Source of the DNA: Candidatus Nanopelagicales bacterium
GTDB taxonomy: Bacteria > Actinomycetota > Actinomycetes > S36-B12
DNA length: 64,000 nt
Direction: 5' to 3'
NCBI GenBank assembly: GCA_017857175.1
Contig: JAFMDS010000003.1
Coordinates: 4,223 to 68,222, forward strand
Shown here: positions 9,297 to 18,996 of the stretch, piece by piece
Position numbering within the stretch: the stretch's first letter is position 1
Layout of the letters: each line of letters starts with the position of its first letter
The notes under the pieces: generated by a model
Told to the model about the DNA's origin: nothing
What the model saw: the letters and a program-made list of their open reading frames with translations, nothing else
Database searches by the model: none
Made by a program: the position numbers and the translations under genes

Positions 9297-10232
9297 TTAC
9301 CGGCGTGTTGCGGCAAGAGCTAACTCGCCAAAAACCTGACCAACAGACAAGCCAGCAGCTGAAATAGCCATTGGTACCAGCGATGTTTCAGTCATACCAG
9401 GTGCGACATTGACCTCGATGAACCAGATATTCCCCTCAGCATCAAGTATCAAGTCGGTACGTGAAATATCCCTTAGACCTAGTACTTTGTGAACACTCAC
9501 AGCAAAATCAGTCACATGTTGCGTGTCCGATGCAGTGAGCCGAGCTGGAGTGAAAAACTCAGTGTGTCCTGCCGTGTAACGGGCATGGTAGTCATACATT
9601 CCTCTGACCGGAACAATTTCAACCGGTGGCAATGCAGCAGCTTCATCACCACGCTCAACCACTGTGATGGCAAGTTCTGTGCCAGTCACGGCCTGCTGAA
9701 TCATGACATGATCGTCGTAACCAAAAGCAGCAACCATGGCGGAAGGAATGTCATCGCGGGTCAAACAAAATGTGACACCCAAGGCTGACCCACCCGTGAG
9801 TGGTTTAACCACAAGTGGGAATGTCAAATCGCTAACAACCGCGTCGATAACTGAATTTGCCCCAAGTTCACGAAAGAAACTTTGTGGCAACACGACAAAC
9901 CGGGGAACGTTCTCTTGTGGGACAAGGCTGTTGGCAACACCTTTGTCAAACGCCAGTCGAGCAGCTTGCGCACTTGAGCCAACGAAAGGAATACCGAGGG
10001 ACTCCAATACATTTCGCAAGGATCCATCTTCACCCACAGCACCGTGGATGACAGGAATCACACAATCCGGTTTGTCCATTGAGATCACTTGAAGGGTTTC
10101 GGCAGTGACGTCAGATTCAGAGATCACAGAATCCGGCAAAACTTCACGCAGTGAGTTGGCCAACCGGCGCCCAGAGCGAAGGGATACATCCCTCTCGTGT
10201 GACAAGCCACCAGAAAGAACCAAAATATGCAC
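9297..10232 (-). CDS. D-alanine--D-alanine ligase family protein
   Basis: GGLSHERDVSLRSG, HGAVGEDG and FIEVNVAPGMTETSL motifs (ATP-grasp ligase). Confidence 0.9.
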   Translation of the reverse strand: MHILVLSGGLSHERDVSLRSGRRLANSLREVLPDSVISESDVTAETLQVISMDKPDCVIPVIHGAVGEDGSLRNVLESLGIPFVGSSAQAARLAFDKGVANSLVPQENVPRFVVLPQSFFRELGANSVIDAVVSDLTFPLVVKPLTGGSALGVTFCLTRDDIPSAMVAAFGYDDHVMIQQAVTGTELAITVVERGDEAAALPPVEIVPVRGMYDYHARYTAGHTEFFTPARLTASDTQHVTDFAVSVHKVLGLRDISRTDLILDAEGNIWFIEVNVAPGMTETSLVPMAISAAGLSVGQVFGELALAATRR

Positions 10233-10238
10233 AGATCC

Positions 10239-11528
10239 CTACCCTAAATTTGTAAATGGATTAAATGTTGTTGGAGCAGTTGGATTTGGAGAGCTCACCC
10301 CAAATGTGGCAATGAGGTCAATCTCTTTTTCGATGACAGACGCAAGCCGGCGAACCCCTTCACGAATTCGTTCCGGATCGGGATAGCAATAGGACAGGCG
10401 TAGGCTTTGTGCACCTTGGCCATCGGCATAAAAACCAGTTCCAGGGACGTAGGCAACGAGCTCTGAAATTGCACGAGGCAACATATTTGTTGCATCAAGG
10501 CCCGCGGGCAACGTCACCCAAGAGTAGAAGCCTCCGGACGGGATAGTCCATGTTGTTCCCGCAGGCATGAGTGCCTGCATGGATTCAAGGAGTGAGTCCC
10601 TGCGGTCCTGATAGATCTCTCGGAATGTCTTTATTTGCTCGCGCCACGGTTGCTCAGCAAGGTACCGAGAGATTGTCAGTTGGGAAAAATTGCTGGGACA
10701 GAGAGTGGCGGATTCGGCCGCCAGAACGATTTTCTCGCGGGCACCATGTGGTGCTATTACGTAACCGACACGTAATCCGGAAGCAATGATTTTTGAAAAT
10801 GACCCGAGATAAATAACTCCATGGTCATCCCGCGCACGGATGGCCTGCGGAATTTCTCCCTCAAAACCAAGGAGACTGTAGGGGTCATCCTCCAGTACGA
10901 GCACACCATTTTCTTGAGCAATAGCAAGGATTTCGTCACGGCGTTGCTGCGACTGTGTAAGTCCCGCCGGGTTGTGAAATGAAGGAATCGTGTAGATCAT
11001 TTTTACATTGCGGTGAGTTGCAAGTGCATGTTTTAGTGCATCGGGATTGAGACCTTGATCGTCCATCTCGACATGAACAACATTGCATTGGAATGAACGG
11101 AAAACACCCAATGCTCCAACGTATGACGGGGACTCAACAAGAACGGTATCTCCCGGGTCACAGAAAACTTTCGTGACAAGGTCCAATCCCATTTGGGAGC
11201 CGACGGTAATGATGACGTCATCGGCATGGGATTTAACACCCACCTCAGCTGCAATGTCCAAGATTTGTTCACGTAGGACGACATCGCCCTGCCCAGACCC
11301 GTACTGGAGAGCTGTGGTTCCTTGTTCACGAATGACTCTGGCTGCTATGTCGGCAAATATTTCAGTGTCGAGGGCTTGCACATAGGGCATCCCCCCTGCA
11401 AGGGAGACTACTTCGGGCCGGGAAGCGACGGCGAAAAGTGCTCGAATGGCTGATGCAGTCAGTCCCTGGGCACGTTGTGCGTAGGAGTCCACCCAAGGAT
11501 CTAGGCGCGATCCCACTTGCTCTGACAT
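10239..11528 (-). CDS. PLP-dependent aminotransferase class I/II (LysN/Aro8-like)
   Basis: SLAGGMP, FHNPAG, EDDPY and GSFSKIIASGLRVG (PLP lysine). Start placed at MSEQ (11528), 7 nt after a TAGGCT -10 element. Confidence 0.9.
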   Translation of the reverse strand: MSEQVGSRLDPWVDSYAQRAQGLTASAIRALFAVASRPEVVSLAGGMPYVQALDTEIFADIAARVIREQGTTALQYGSGQGDVVLREQILDIAAEVGVKSHADDVIITVGSQMGLDLVTKVFCDPGDTVLVESPSYVGALGVFRSFQCNVVHVEMDDQGLNPDALKHALATHRNVKMIYTIPSFHNPAGLTQSQQRRDEILAIAQENGVLVLEDDPYSLLGFEGEIPQAIRARDDHGVIYLGSFSKIIASGLRVGYVIAPHGAREKIVLAAESATLCPSNFSQLTISRYLAEQPWREQIKTFREIYQDRRDSLLESMQALMPAGTTWTIPSGGFYSWVTLPAGLDATNMLPRAISELVAYVPGTGFYADGQGAQSLRLSYCYPDPERIREGVRRLASVIEKEIDLIATFGVSSPNPTAPTTFNPFTNLG

Positions 11529-11572
11529 GGGGAAAAGCCTAGCCATACCCGTGCGGGAGTTACGCTGGGACA

Positions 11573-11677
11573 ATGAAATCAGCGTTTAAGGCTGTCCTAC
11601 TCATTGCCGTAGGTGTGGGGCTTGGTTTTCTGGTTCGACTGCTGTGGCCCACAGGACAACCACGTGAACTGAGGTAG
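11573..11677 (+). CDS. Putative 34-aa single-pass membrane microprotein (leaderless)
   Basis: Manual translation MKSAFKAVLLIAVGVGLGFLVRLLWPTGQPRELR*. TACGCT -10 lies 6 nt before the ATG; the ORF fills the gap between the aminotransferase and cwlM. Confidence 0.65.
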   Translation: MKSAFKAVLLIAVGVGLGFLVRLLWPTGQPRELR

Positions 11678-11683
11678 TGAGCG

Positions 11684-12745
11684 TTAACGCGGTGCACAAA
11701 AAGAAGTGATCGCAGCGGCGACGCCCTGAGCTATGGCATCGTGAAAAGCTTCAGACTGCAGTCGCTTGGAATCATCAAGATTGGACATGTACCCCAAATC
11801 GATGCGGACTGCGGGCATTGTTGTTAGGCGCAAGAGGTCCCAAGTGCGGGGATGTGTGCGGCAGTCTTTTCGGTCTGTTCGACTCACCAGTTCCTCATTG
11901 ATGGCATCGGCCAGATTCTTGCCAGACGGGGAGAAATTTCCACCATCGGGATTACCGTAGTAAAAGAGTGCTATCCCATTGGGTTTTGAGCTCTCGGACT
12001 GGTCAACATGGAGTGAGATAACAAGGTCCGCTGCCATTTCGTTGGCAAAGTTGGCACGTTGAGCGGGTGTCATGAATGTTATGGATGGATTGTCATTCCC
12101 GGTGTGAGCCGGGCGAGTAAGAATTACTTGGGTGCCTAATGCTGCGAGGCGACCTTCAATTCTGACCGCGATAGCGTAGGTGATTTCAGGGAATGGTGAG
12201 TCACCTGGATCCAATACAACAACTTTGTCAGCGATACCCGTTTGCAGGCTGGCCAAATGAGCATGCTCCCTCAGGGCGCCAGAGTCACCGCCCACAACAG
12301 AACGCGAAAGTCTTTCAAATGCGCGAAGTGTGTCTAGGCCACAGGTGCCGTCTGCGCTAACACCGACACCACGTTGAAACTCACGCAAGGCACCATCGGT
12401 TGCGGGACCAAATATTCCATCGGGGCGTCCGGCATTGAATCCCAATTGATTGAGTCGACGTTGCAACTCTGTGACGTCGTCACCGATCATGACGTGACCT
12501 GCGGTAAAGGCCAGTACTCGGTCGCCGAGTTGCCAACGGGCTTCGTCCAGTCGCCGAAATGTTTCGGGACCTACTACTCCATCAACCGTGATCCCACGTT
12601 CCTGCTGAAAGATTCGAACAGCATTATCAACGTCAGCATCGAAGGCGTTGTTGACAGTGGGATCACTGTCAGTAATAAGTCCGAGGTGCGCGAGCCGTGC
12701 GCGAACCTCCGCTACGGCCGCCCCGGTGGAACCAAGGCGGAGCAT
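11684..12745 (-). CDS. cwlM: CwlM-like N-acetylmuramoyl-L-alanine amidase with two peptidoglycan-binding domains
   Basis: FQQERGITVDGVVGPET and FQRGVGVSADGTCG PG-binding repeats; Amidase_3-like C-terminus (ISLH, WDLLRLTTMPAVRID); downstream of trxA. Confidence 0.88.
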   Translation of the reverse strand: MLRLGSTGAAVAEVRARLAHLGLITDSDPTVNNAFDADVDNAVRIFQQERGITVDGVVGPETFRRLDEARWQLGDRVLAFTAGHVMIGDDVTELQRRLNQLGFNAGRPDGIFGPATDGALREFQRGVGVSADGTCGLDTLRAFERLSRSVVGGDSGALREHAHLASLQTGIADKVVVLDPGDSPFPEITYAIAVRIEGRLAALGTQVILTRPAHTGNDNPSITFMTPAQRANFANEMAADLVISLHVDQSESSKPNGIALFYYGNPDGGNFSPSGKNLADAINEELVSRTDRKDCRTHPRTWDLLRLTTMPAVRIDLGYMSNLDDSKRLQSEAFHDAIAQGVAAAITSFCAPR

Positions 12746-12748
12746 GGT

Positions 12749-13069
12749 TTACAGGTAGGGCTGCAGGTCTGCGAGCAGCGCGGCCTTGGGCTTTGCACCG
12801 ATGATCGTCTTAACAATTTCCCCACCCTTGTACACGTTCATGGTCGGGATCGAAGTGATGCCATAGGAGCCTGGCGTTGATGGATTCTCGTCCACATTCA
12901 TCTTTGCGATGATGAGTCCATCATGTGCGGCTGCGATTTCCTCGAGGATCGGGGCAACCATTTTGCATGGTCCACACCACTCGGCCCAGAAATCAACAAG
13001 AACGGGTTTGTCGCTCATCAGGACTTCTTCAGCAAAATTTGCGTCGGTCACGATCTTCATTGCACCCAT
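12749..13069 (-). CDS. trxA: Thioredoxin
   Basis: WAEWCGPCK active site. Confidence 0.98.
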   Translation of the reverse strand: MGAMKIVTDANFAEEVLMSDKPVLVDFWAEWCGPCKMVAPILEEIAAAHDGLIIAKMNVDENPSTPGSYGITSIPTMNVYKGGEIVKTIIGAKPKAALLADLQPYL

Positions 13070-13132
13070 GGGGTTCTCCTTTTAGTCGGCTTTAACATAG
13101 TTGGTCGATAAAATTGCGGCTACGGGGCACCT

Positions 13133-14071
13133 TTATGAGGCGTCTTTATGAGCAAGGAATCGTTCTGCATCGAGGGCAGCCGAGCAACCTGTCCCAGCGG
13201 CGGTGATTGCTTGGCGGTAAGTGTGGTCCACCAGGTCACCGCATGCGAAAACCCCTGCAGCTGATGTGTGCGTGGATGGCGCTTCCACTTTGACATACCC
13301 TTCAAGGTCAAGTTCGACTTTGCCATGGAGCAGTTCAGACCGTGGGTCGTGACCAATTGCAATGAAGAGTCCGGTGATAGCCAGTTCCCGCTCGGCACCA
13401 GTTTCAGTGTCTCGCAACGTCACACCGGTCAACTTGGGATCGCCGTGTATGGCAGCAACCTCGCTGTTCCAAGCAACATGGATTTTCTCATTGGCCAATG
13501 CACGCTCTTGCATGATCTTGCTCCCCCGCAGCTCACCGCGACGGTGGACGAGGGTAACGGATCGTGCAAAACGAGTGAGGAAAGTTGCTTCCTCCAGTGC
13601 GGAGTCACCACCACCAACGACCGCAATGTCTTGGTCACGGAAGAAGAAACCGTCGCATGTTGCGCACCAAGAAACACCATGTCCGCTGAGACGCTTTTCA
13701 TTTGGTAAACCCAATTCGCGGTAACCAGATCCCATGGCCAAAATGAGTGAGTGCGCTTGATGCACCATGCCCGAGCCATCTGTTACGGATTTGATGTCAC
13801 CATCGACATTGATCTCAGTGATGTCGTCGGTGATTATTTCGGCCCCAAATCGGACTGCTTGTGCCCGCATGTTTTCCATCAATTGCGGACCCATGATCCC
13901 TGTTTCAAATCCAGGAAAGTTCTCAACTTCGGTGGTGTTCATGAGTGCTCCGCCTGCGGTGACCGCACCCTCAAATAGGAGGGGATTCAACTGGGCTCGA
14001 GCTGCATAGACAGCAGCCGTATAACCCGCTGGGCCAGACCCAATAATGATGACGTTACGAACTTCACTCAA
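13133..14071 (-). CDS. trxB: Thioredoxin reductase
   Basis: [22 protein letters not shown] and YRQAITAAG motifs. Start uncertain (TTG 14071 or GTG 14098). Confidence 0.97.
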   Translation of the reverse strand: MSEVRNVIIIGSGPAGYTAAVYAARAQLNPLLFEGAVTAGGALMNTTEVENFPGFETGIMGPQLMENMRAQAVRFGAEIITDDITEINVDGDIKSVTDGSGMVHQAHSLILAMGSGYRELGLPNEKRLSGHGVSWCATCDGFFFRDQDIAVVGGGDSALEEATFLTRFARSVTLVHRRGELRGSKIMQERALANEKIHVAWNSEVAAIHGDPKLTGVTLRDTETGAERELAITGLFIAIGHDPRSELLHGKVELDLEGYVKVEAPSTHTSAAGVFACGDLVDHTYRQAITAAGTGCSAALDAERFLAHKDAS

Positions 14072-14165
14072 TGCAACCACTGCTTTCAGGACATGCACTC
14101 CGCGAGTGCCGAGGGGATTTCTACTCCAGCCTCAGTGTAGGCCAGTGGGGTTGTACATAGAAAAT

Positions 14166-15074
14166 TTAGTTGAGGGATTGAGTCACGTGGCTGTATATGT
14201 CAAAAGGGATGGTTCCACAGTTGGGGCCCACGACCCAAATATCCAATACACCGAGATCGGGGGAATCTGCCTGGCTCTTGAGCATGGATGATCCGTACTC
14301 CAGGCGTTCATCTGGTGTGAGAAGTGCATTCATGCCTTCAACCATGACAACAGGAATAATGACGATTCCCGCATCTTTACCCATGAACGTGGCCCGATCC
14401 ACCAATAGGGCCTGGGAGGTATCAGAGCGTGTGATTGCGGTGATGCAGTTGCGTAGCGCAATTTCACTCTCGGTCATGCCATCGGCTTTCTTAGGTGACA
14501 TCTTCTTAAACGGCACTTTGAACATGTCCAAGGTAGAGGCCACACCTACATTTTTCAGAGACTCCATGACGGTGGTCCCCAAGTTATCGGGCCGGTAATC
14601 GGTTCCACTTTCCATCACATTCACGGCTGGAGGAACAAATCCTGCTTGGACGATCCGAGGGCTGTTGCTGGAAGGACTCGAGGAAAGAGCCTCTACCGGT
14701 GGAGCGTCTGCAACGAGGACATCACCGTTTGAACCCGAATTATTTGGATCCGAATTGTTGAATACTGTCACGCCAATGCCTACGGCGAAAAGAGTCACAC
14801 TGGCCGCGACGAGTCCACCGACCCAGCGACCTCCCATTACTCGACTATTGCGCTGGGATCTGGCGAGAGAAATATCGATGACTTCAGTGGTGGAAGTGCC
14901 GGCATCCACGCTACCAATGCGATCGGCCGCCTCGAGGGAAATATTGGTCTGAAGCTGCTCCCAGAGGTCCTCTGGCATGGGTGTGATCGGCTCGGCGTTG
15001 AGTGAGTGACCAAATGAGCGTAGTGCGGCACGTAATTCAGGCTGATCACTTGGATCATCAAAGTCATTCGCCAT
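14166..15074 (-). CDS. Putative membrane-anchored anti-sigma factor (RsmA-like)
   Basis: MPEDLW motif, one TM helix (WVGGLVAASVTLFAVGIGV), SGTDY and VVGPNC motifs; overlaps the sigM stop; GAGGAGG RBS. Confidence 0.7.
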   Translation of the reverse strand: MANDFDDPSDQPELRAALRSFGHSLNAEPITPMPEDLWEQLQTNISLEAADRIGSVDAGTSTTEVIDISLARSQRNSRVMGGRWVGGLVAASVTLFAVGIGVTVFNNSDPNNSGSNGDVLVADAPPVEALSSSPSSNSPRIVQAGFVPPAVNVMESGTDYRPDNLGTTVMESLKNVGVASTLDMFKVPFKKMSPKKADGMTESEIALRNCITAITRSDTSQALLVDRATFMGKDAGIVIIPVVMVEGMNALLTPDERLEYGSSMLKSQADSPDLGVLDIWVVGPNCGTIPFDIYSHVTQSLN

Positions 15075-15690
15075 CGACGTGGGCACCTCCTCTCGTGCTT
15101 GTGACGGTATCGGTGGGGTCTTGGTTCCGCAGGTGGGCAAGACGTTCGGCCAATTTCACGCGGCCACGACTACACCGGCTCTTTACCGTGCCAGGTGGAC
15201 ACCCCAATTCGGCGGCCGCGGCCTCCACGGAATATCCCTCGACATCAACGAGAACTACTGCATTGCGCTGGTCCTCGGGCAATTCGGCCAAGGCTGCAGA
15301 GATTTCCAACATGGTTTCACGTTCATCCATATGATCACGGGGATCCTGGATCTCAACCCCGTTGTCATCATTGTGGTCGGGTAGCGCAACCGTGGGGCGT
15401 ACTTTTCGCCGGCGCATGCGATCCAAACTGGCGTTTACCACGATTCGGTGGAGCCAAGTTGTGACTGCGGCGTCTCCACGGTATTGATCCGCTCGACGAA
15501 ATGCGGAAATCAGCGCATCTTGAACTGAGTCTGCTGCCTCTTCAGGATCCCCAGTGGTTCGAAGTGCCACGGACCATAAGCGGTCCTTGTGTCGCGCCAC
15601 CAGAACATTGAAAGCCTGGGGGTCCCCATTGATGTGCGCGGTCAGCAACTCACGATCTGTGAGCTCGACCAATGGGGCTTGGGACACCAC
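15064..15690 (-). CDS. sigM: ECF RNA polymerase sigma factor SigM
   Basis: HKDRLWSVALRT, VTTWLHRIVVNA and GTVKSRCSRGR motifs; conserved oriC-proximal position. Probably leaderless (TAGGCT 6 nt before the GTG at 15687). Confidence 0.93.
   Translation of the reverse strand: MVSQAPLVELTDRELLTAHINGDPQAFNVLVARHKDRLWSVALRTTGDPEEAADSVQDALISAFRRADQYRGDAAVTTWLHRIVVNASLDRMRRRKVRPTVALPDHNDDNGVEIQDPRDHMDERETMLEISAALAELPEDQRNAVVLVDVEGYSVEAAAAELGCPPGTVKSRCSRGRVKLAERLAHLRNQDPTDTVTSTRGGAHVDGE
15102..15128 (-). promoter_or_regulatory. Putative SigM-dependent internal promoter for the anti-sigma gene
   Basis: Minus strand GGAAC-N17-CGTCA, 28 nt upstream of the anti-sigma ATG; matches the mycobacterial SigM consensus GGAAC-N16-18-CGTCR. 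Confidence 0.7.
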
Positions 15691-15754
15691 CCAAGCCTAA
15701 TGAATTCGGCTGGGGGATTACCGATGGCAGCGCGAGAAAAATCGGCATGCTGGA

Positions 15755-17332
15755 TCAATCCGTCGTGGGTGTCCCGAAAACGGTGACATCGGAAATACCG
15801 CCCTGGTACTTGGTGCCATTCTGAGTTGGGGGTATTCCCGTGAGCCATACAAGTACGTACCTGCCAGTAACGGGACGAGGTGCCCGCAAATCAATCTGTG
15901 GTCCGGCGTTGTCAATACTGACTAGTTTGGTCCAGAGATCGGGATCGGCTTGAATGTCCTCTGAGACACGCACTTGAATGTCGGTTCCAAACCCAACCAA
16001 ACTGAGTGAAACACCCTGGACCGACAGACTCTCACCAAGATCAACAATCAGGCCTACGCCACCCTTGTTGCCCAATGTTCGTGTTGGGTAGGTCTTGGTG
16101 GTCCAGGCACTGACCAGATCGCCATCAATGGCCAAGGCTGAAATTTTGTTTTTTTCGGTGCCGTCGATGCCTCCATTTTTCCCGAAAGGGTCAAATGACC
16201 GAGAATCGACAATGGGAATGGATCCCTCTGCGTCATCAATCTGCACCTCAACAAATGGCCGGGCTGGGCTGGTGAGCAACTCCTGCGCATCGGTCCCGGA
16301 GCCATCAATAGATTCATCGCCATTCGCCGAGGAGCTATCTGACGACAACATGGTGGACCCGACAAAACCGAGTGCGACGACAATCGCAATGCCCACCAGA
16401 GTTGCAATGCCGCGCTTAACGTAGGTCATTGGCGTGTTGGGAGTTGTGATGATGGGCCCACGAACCGTGGTGGAACTCACCGGTGTCACATAATCCTTGG
16501 CAGATGCGATTGCATTGGCAAAGCCGAGAGAATCCTGAATTCGGGTGGCCCCTCGAGGCTTGTGAACACCGATCACACTGCGCCCAACGACCTCATCAAT
16601 AGCGCGCGGAATCCCTGCCTTAATACTGGAGGGGAGGGGTACGTCCTTACCCGCTTTGGGTGTGAAGGGAATGGGTAAGGGTGCTTGATGATCCACACTA
16701 TTAACGGGATACGGCCATAGGCCCGTGCTGAAGCAATAGAGCAATGATCCAAGTCCATCAACGTCGCGCCGCACACCATCTTGGGTGTCAACTGATTTTT
16801 CGCGAGGGAAGAGCGGGCCAAATAATGCGTAATCGACAGCAAGTCCGCGAATTGCAATCTCGCGCGACTCAGTGATAAAAACACAGGATGGACGCAGTCG
16901 ACCGTGTTCCAAATTTACCGTGAGTGCAGCATTAAGTGCCCAGGCAACATTGGAAACGTAATCCAAGGACTCTTCAGAATCAAAAGGCGTGTCCCCGCGT
17001 TCAAGCAAAGATTGGGATAACGACTTCCCAGTGCTCCACTCACTGATCACCGCGGTGTAGGCGGGATCATCAAAGGTGGCAGAGATGCTTAGAACATCGA
17101 GTAAACGAAGCAGTCGTCGATCCTCTGCGCGAGCTGCCGCTTGGGCGGCGCCAAGCACCGCGGAAATGCGGGCATCCTCTGAGCGAATTAGTCGAATGGA
17201 CACCGAGCGTTCAAGAATCTCGTCACGGCCTCGCCACAATTGCACGGGAAATTGATCCTCCGCTGCTGGTGGGTGCTCGGAAATCAACTCCAGCAGCGTA
17301 TAGCGACTCAATTGTGTGCCGCTGGCGATCAT
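15755..17332 (-). CDS. Pseudokinase with a TM helix and extracellular discoidin-like domain (MviN C-terminal homolog)
   Basis: LWRGRDEILERSV kinase N-lobe; degenerate HGRLRP (HRD) and RGL (DFG); C-terminal GVGLIVDLG...GRYVLVWLT. Confidence 0.8.
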   Translation of the reverse strand: MIASGTQLSRYTLLELISEHPPAAEDQFPVQLWRGRDEILERSVSIRLIRSEDARISAVLGAAQAAARAEDRRLLRLLDVLSISATFDDPAYTAVISEWSTGKSLSQSLLERGDTPFDSEESLDYVSNVAWALNAALTVNLEHGRLRPSCVFITESREIAIRGLAVDYALFGPLFPREKSVDTQDGVRRDVDGLGSLLYCFSTGLWPYPVNSVDHQAPLPIPFTPKAGKDVPLPSSIKAGIPRAIDEVVGRSVIGVHKPRGATRIQDSLGFANAIASAKDYVTPVSSTTVRGPIITTPNTPMTYVKRGIATLVGIAIVVALGFVGSTMLSSDSSSANGDESIDGSGTDAQELLTSPARPFVEVQIDDAEGSIPIVDSRSFDPFGKNGGIDGTEKNKISALAIDGDLVSAWTTKTYPTRTLGNKGGVGLIVDLGESLSVQGVSLSLVGFGTDIQVRVSEDIQADPDLWTKLVSIDNAGPQIDLRAPRPVTGRYVLVWLTGIPPTQNGTKYQGGISDVTVFGTPTTD

Positions 17333-18996
17333 GCTTTCACCTTATGCCCAAACTTGGCTGCGATGGTGCGTTGAGCAATGCCAATTTCCTCAACCCGCAA
17401 AGCCCAGGATGCAAGTAGATAAACAAGCACACCCACAATGCTCGCAATGACTATTTGCACGAGGACAAGCAATTTATTGGAGTAATCAAGGGCGCTATTC
17501 GGACCATAAAGAAAGTTGCGAGTTATACCGGATGCAGCGAACATGGACAGTGTGGCAATGATTCCTGCTACTCCCATGCGGGCAATCACGAACACGGTTC
17601 GTCCCGATCGCATACCACCCAGGCGTCGAGCCAATACAACCCAAGAAACAATCAACGCTACCCAGTAAGAGGCTGAATAGCACAGCGCGATGAAGGCAAT
17701 TTGGTCTCCACCGCCAGATATAGCTCCACTTGCTGGTACTAGGAGTATGAGCAAAATAGCTGAGAAAATTACCGTGAGAATAAATGGTGTCCGAGTGTCC
17801 TCCAAAGCGTAATAGCCTCGCAGTAGGACATAAAAAAGTGTGAAGGGCACAAGGCCCAGCATGAAAATGGAGATAACTAGACCGAGTAACTCCGCCTGGG
17901 CCGTTGTCGCCGCGCCATAACCAAAAAGTAGAACCGCGACACCGACACCTGAAACAAACAGAATCGCAGTCACAGGAATGACGAGGAATGACACCAGGCG
18001 CATTGCGCCGGAAACGTCACGTCCGGCTTGCGCGAGTTTGCCCGCATGCGCAACGCGACTCAACGCGGGCAAAAGTGCGGTGACAATGGAGACGGTGATC
18101 ACGCTGTGCGGAAGCATAAACACTAAATGAGCTTTTTGATAGGTGGTTAGGCCAGCAGCAACTTCACCTGTTGCTGCGGCATTGACATTTGCCTGAGTAG
18201 CGAGCCGAGTGATGACGAGGTAAGTGATTTGGTTAACCAAAACCAACCCAATGGTCCACATGGCCAGAGTTCCTGCTTTGCCAAGACCATGTCCCTTCCA
18301 GTCAAAACGTGGACGCCAAAAATACCCCGCCCGTGAAAGTACAGGGACCAAAATAAGTGCCTGTACTGCCACACCAAGCGTGGTACCGATACCAAGGAGC
18401 AACACTTGGTCGGTGGTCAATTCCCCATCAGCTGCGGCAGAGGTTCCTGCAATCGCAATGAATAGTAGGAAGGTCGCAATGGCAACAATATTGTTTGCGA
18501 TAGGCGCAAACATGGGGGCTCCAAATTTGCCGCGCGAATTGAGCACCTGGCTCAGCATCGCATAAATTCCATAGAAAAATATTTGCGGCAAACACAGGCG
18601 TGCGAAGGCAACGGCCAAATCAAATTCTTTTTGCGGGTAATCACTTGGAGTGTAAAGATCAACAATAAGTGGTGCGAAAATAACAGCGAGAATAGAAAAT
18701 ACGAGAAGGACAATAGAGGCAAGTGTGATCAATCGATCTGCATACGCACTTCCATCGTCTGCGTCCTCTTTCATCTTTCGAACAAGCTGAGGTATGAATA
18801 CTGCGTTGAGTGCGCCACCAATTACAAGAATGTAAATCATGTTGGGTAGAGAGTTGCCCAGTGAAAATGTGTCAGAGACGAGGAAGAAGCCCAGAGCAGC
18901 GGTCATACTAATGTCGCGCAAGACCCCCGTGATGCGTGATGTAATTGTTCCTGCGGCCATCACGGTGCTGGGTCTGAGAAGTGATTGCTCAGACAT
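17329..18996 (-). CDS. murJ: Lipid II flippase MurJ/MviN
   Basis: GTITSRITGVLR, NSLPNMIY, GGALNAVFIP, PQIFFYG and YYALEDTRTP motifs; many TM helices. Confidence 0.96.
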   Translation of the reverse strand: MSEQSLLRPSTVMAAGTITSRITGVLRDISMTAALGFFLVSDTFSLGNSLPNMIYILVIGGALNAVFIPQLVRKMKEDADDGSAYADRLITLASIVLLVFSILAVIFAPLIVDLYTPSDYPQKEFDLAVAFARLCLPQIFFYGIYAMLSQVLNSRGKFGAPMFAPIANNIVAIATFLLFIAIAGTSAAADGELTTDQVLLLGIGTTLGVAVQALILVPVLSRAGYFWRPRFDWKGHGLGKAGTLAMWTIGLVLVNQITYLVITRLATQANVNAAATGEVAAGLTTYQKAHLVFMLPHSVITVSIVTALLPALSRVAHAGKLAQAGRDVSGAMRLVSFLVIPVTAILFVSGVGVAVLLFGYGAATTAQAELLGLVISIFMLGLVPFTLFYVLLRGYYALEDTRTPFILTVIFSAILLILLVPASGAISGGGDQIAFIALCYSASYWVALIVSWVVLARRLGGMRSGRTVFVIARMGVAGIIATLSMFAASGITRNFLYGPNSALDYSNKLLVLVQIVIASIVGVLVYLLASWALRVEEIGIAQRTIAAKFGHKVKA

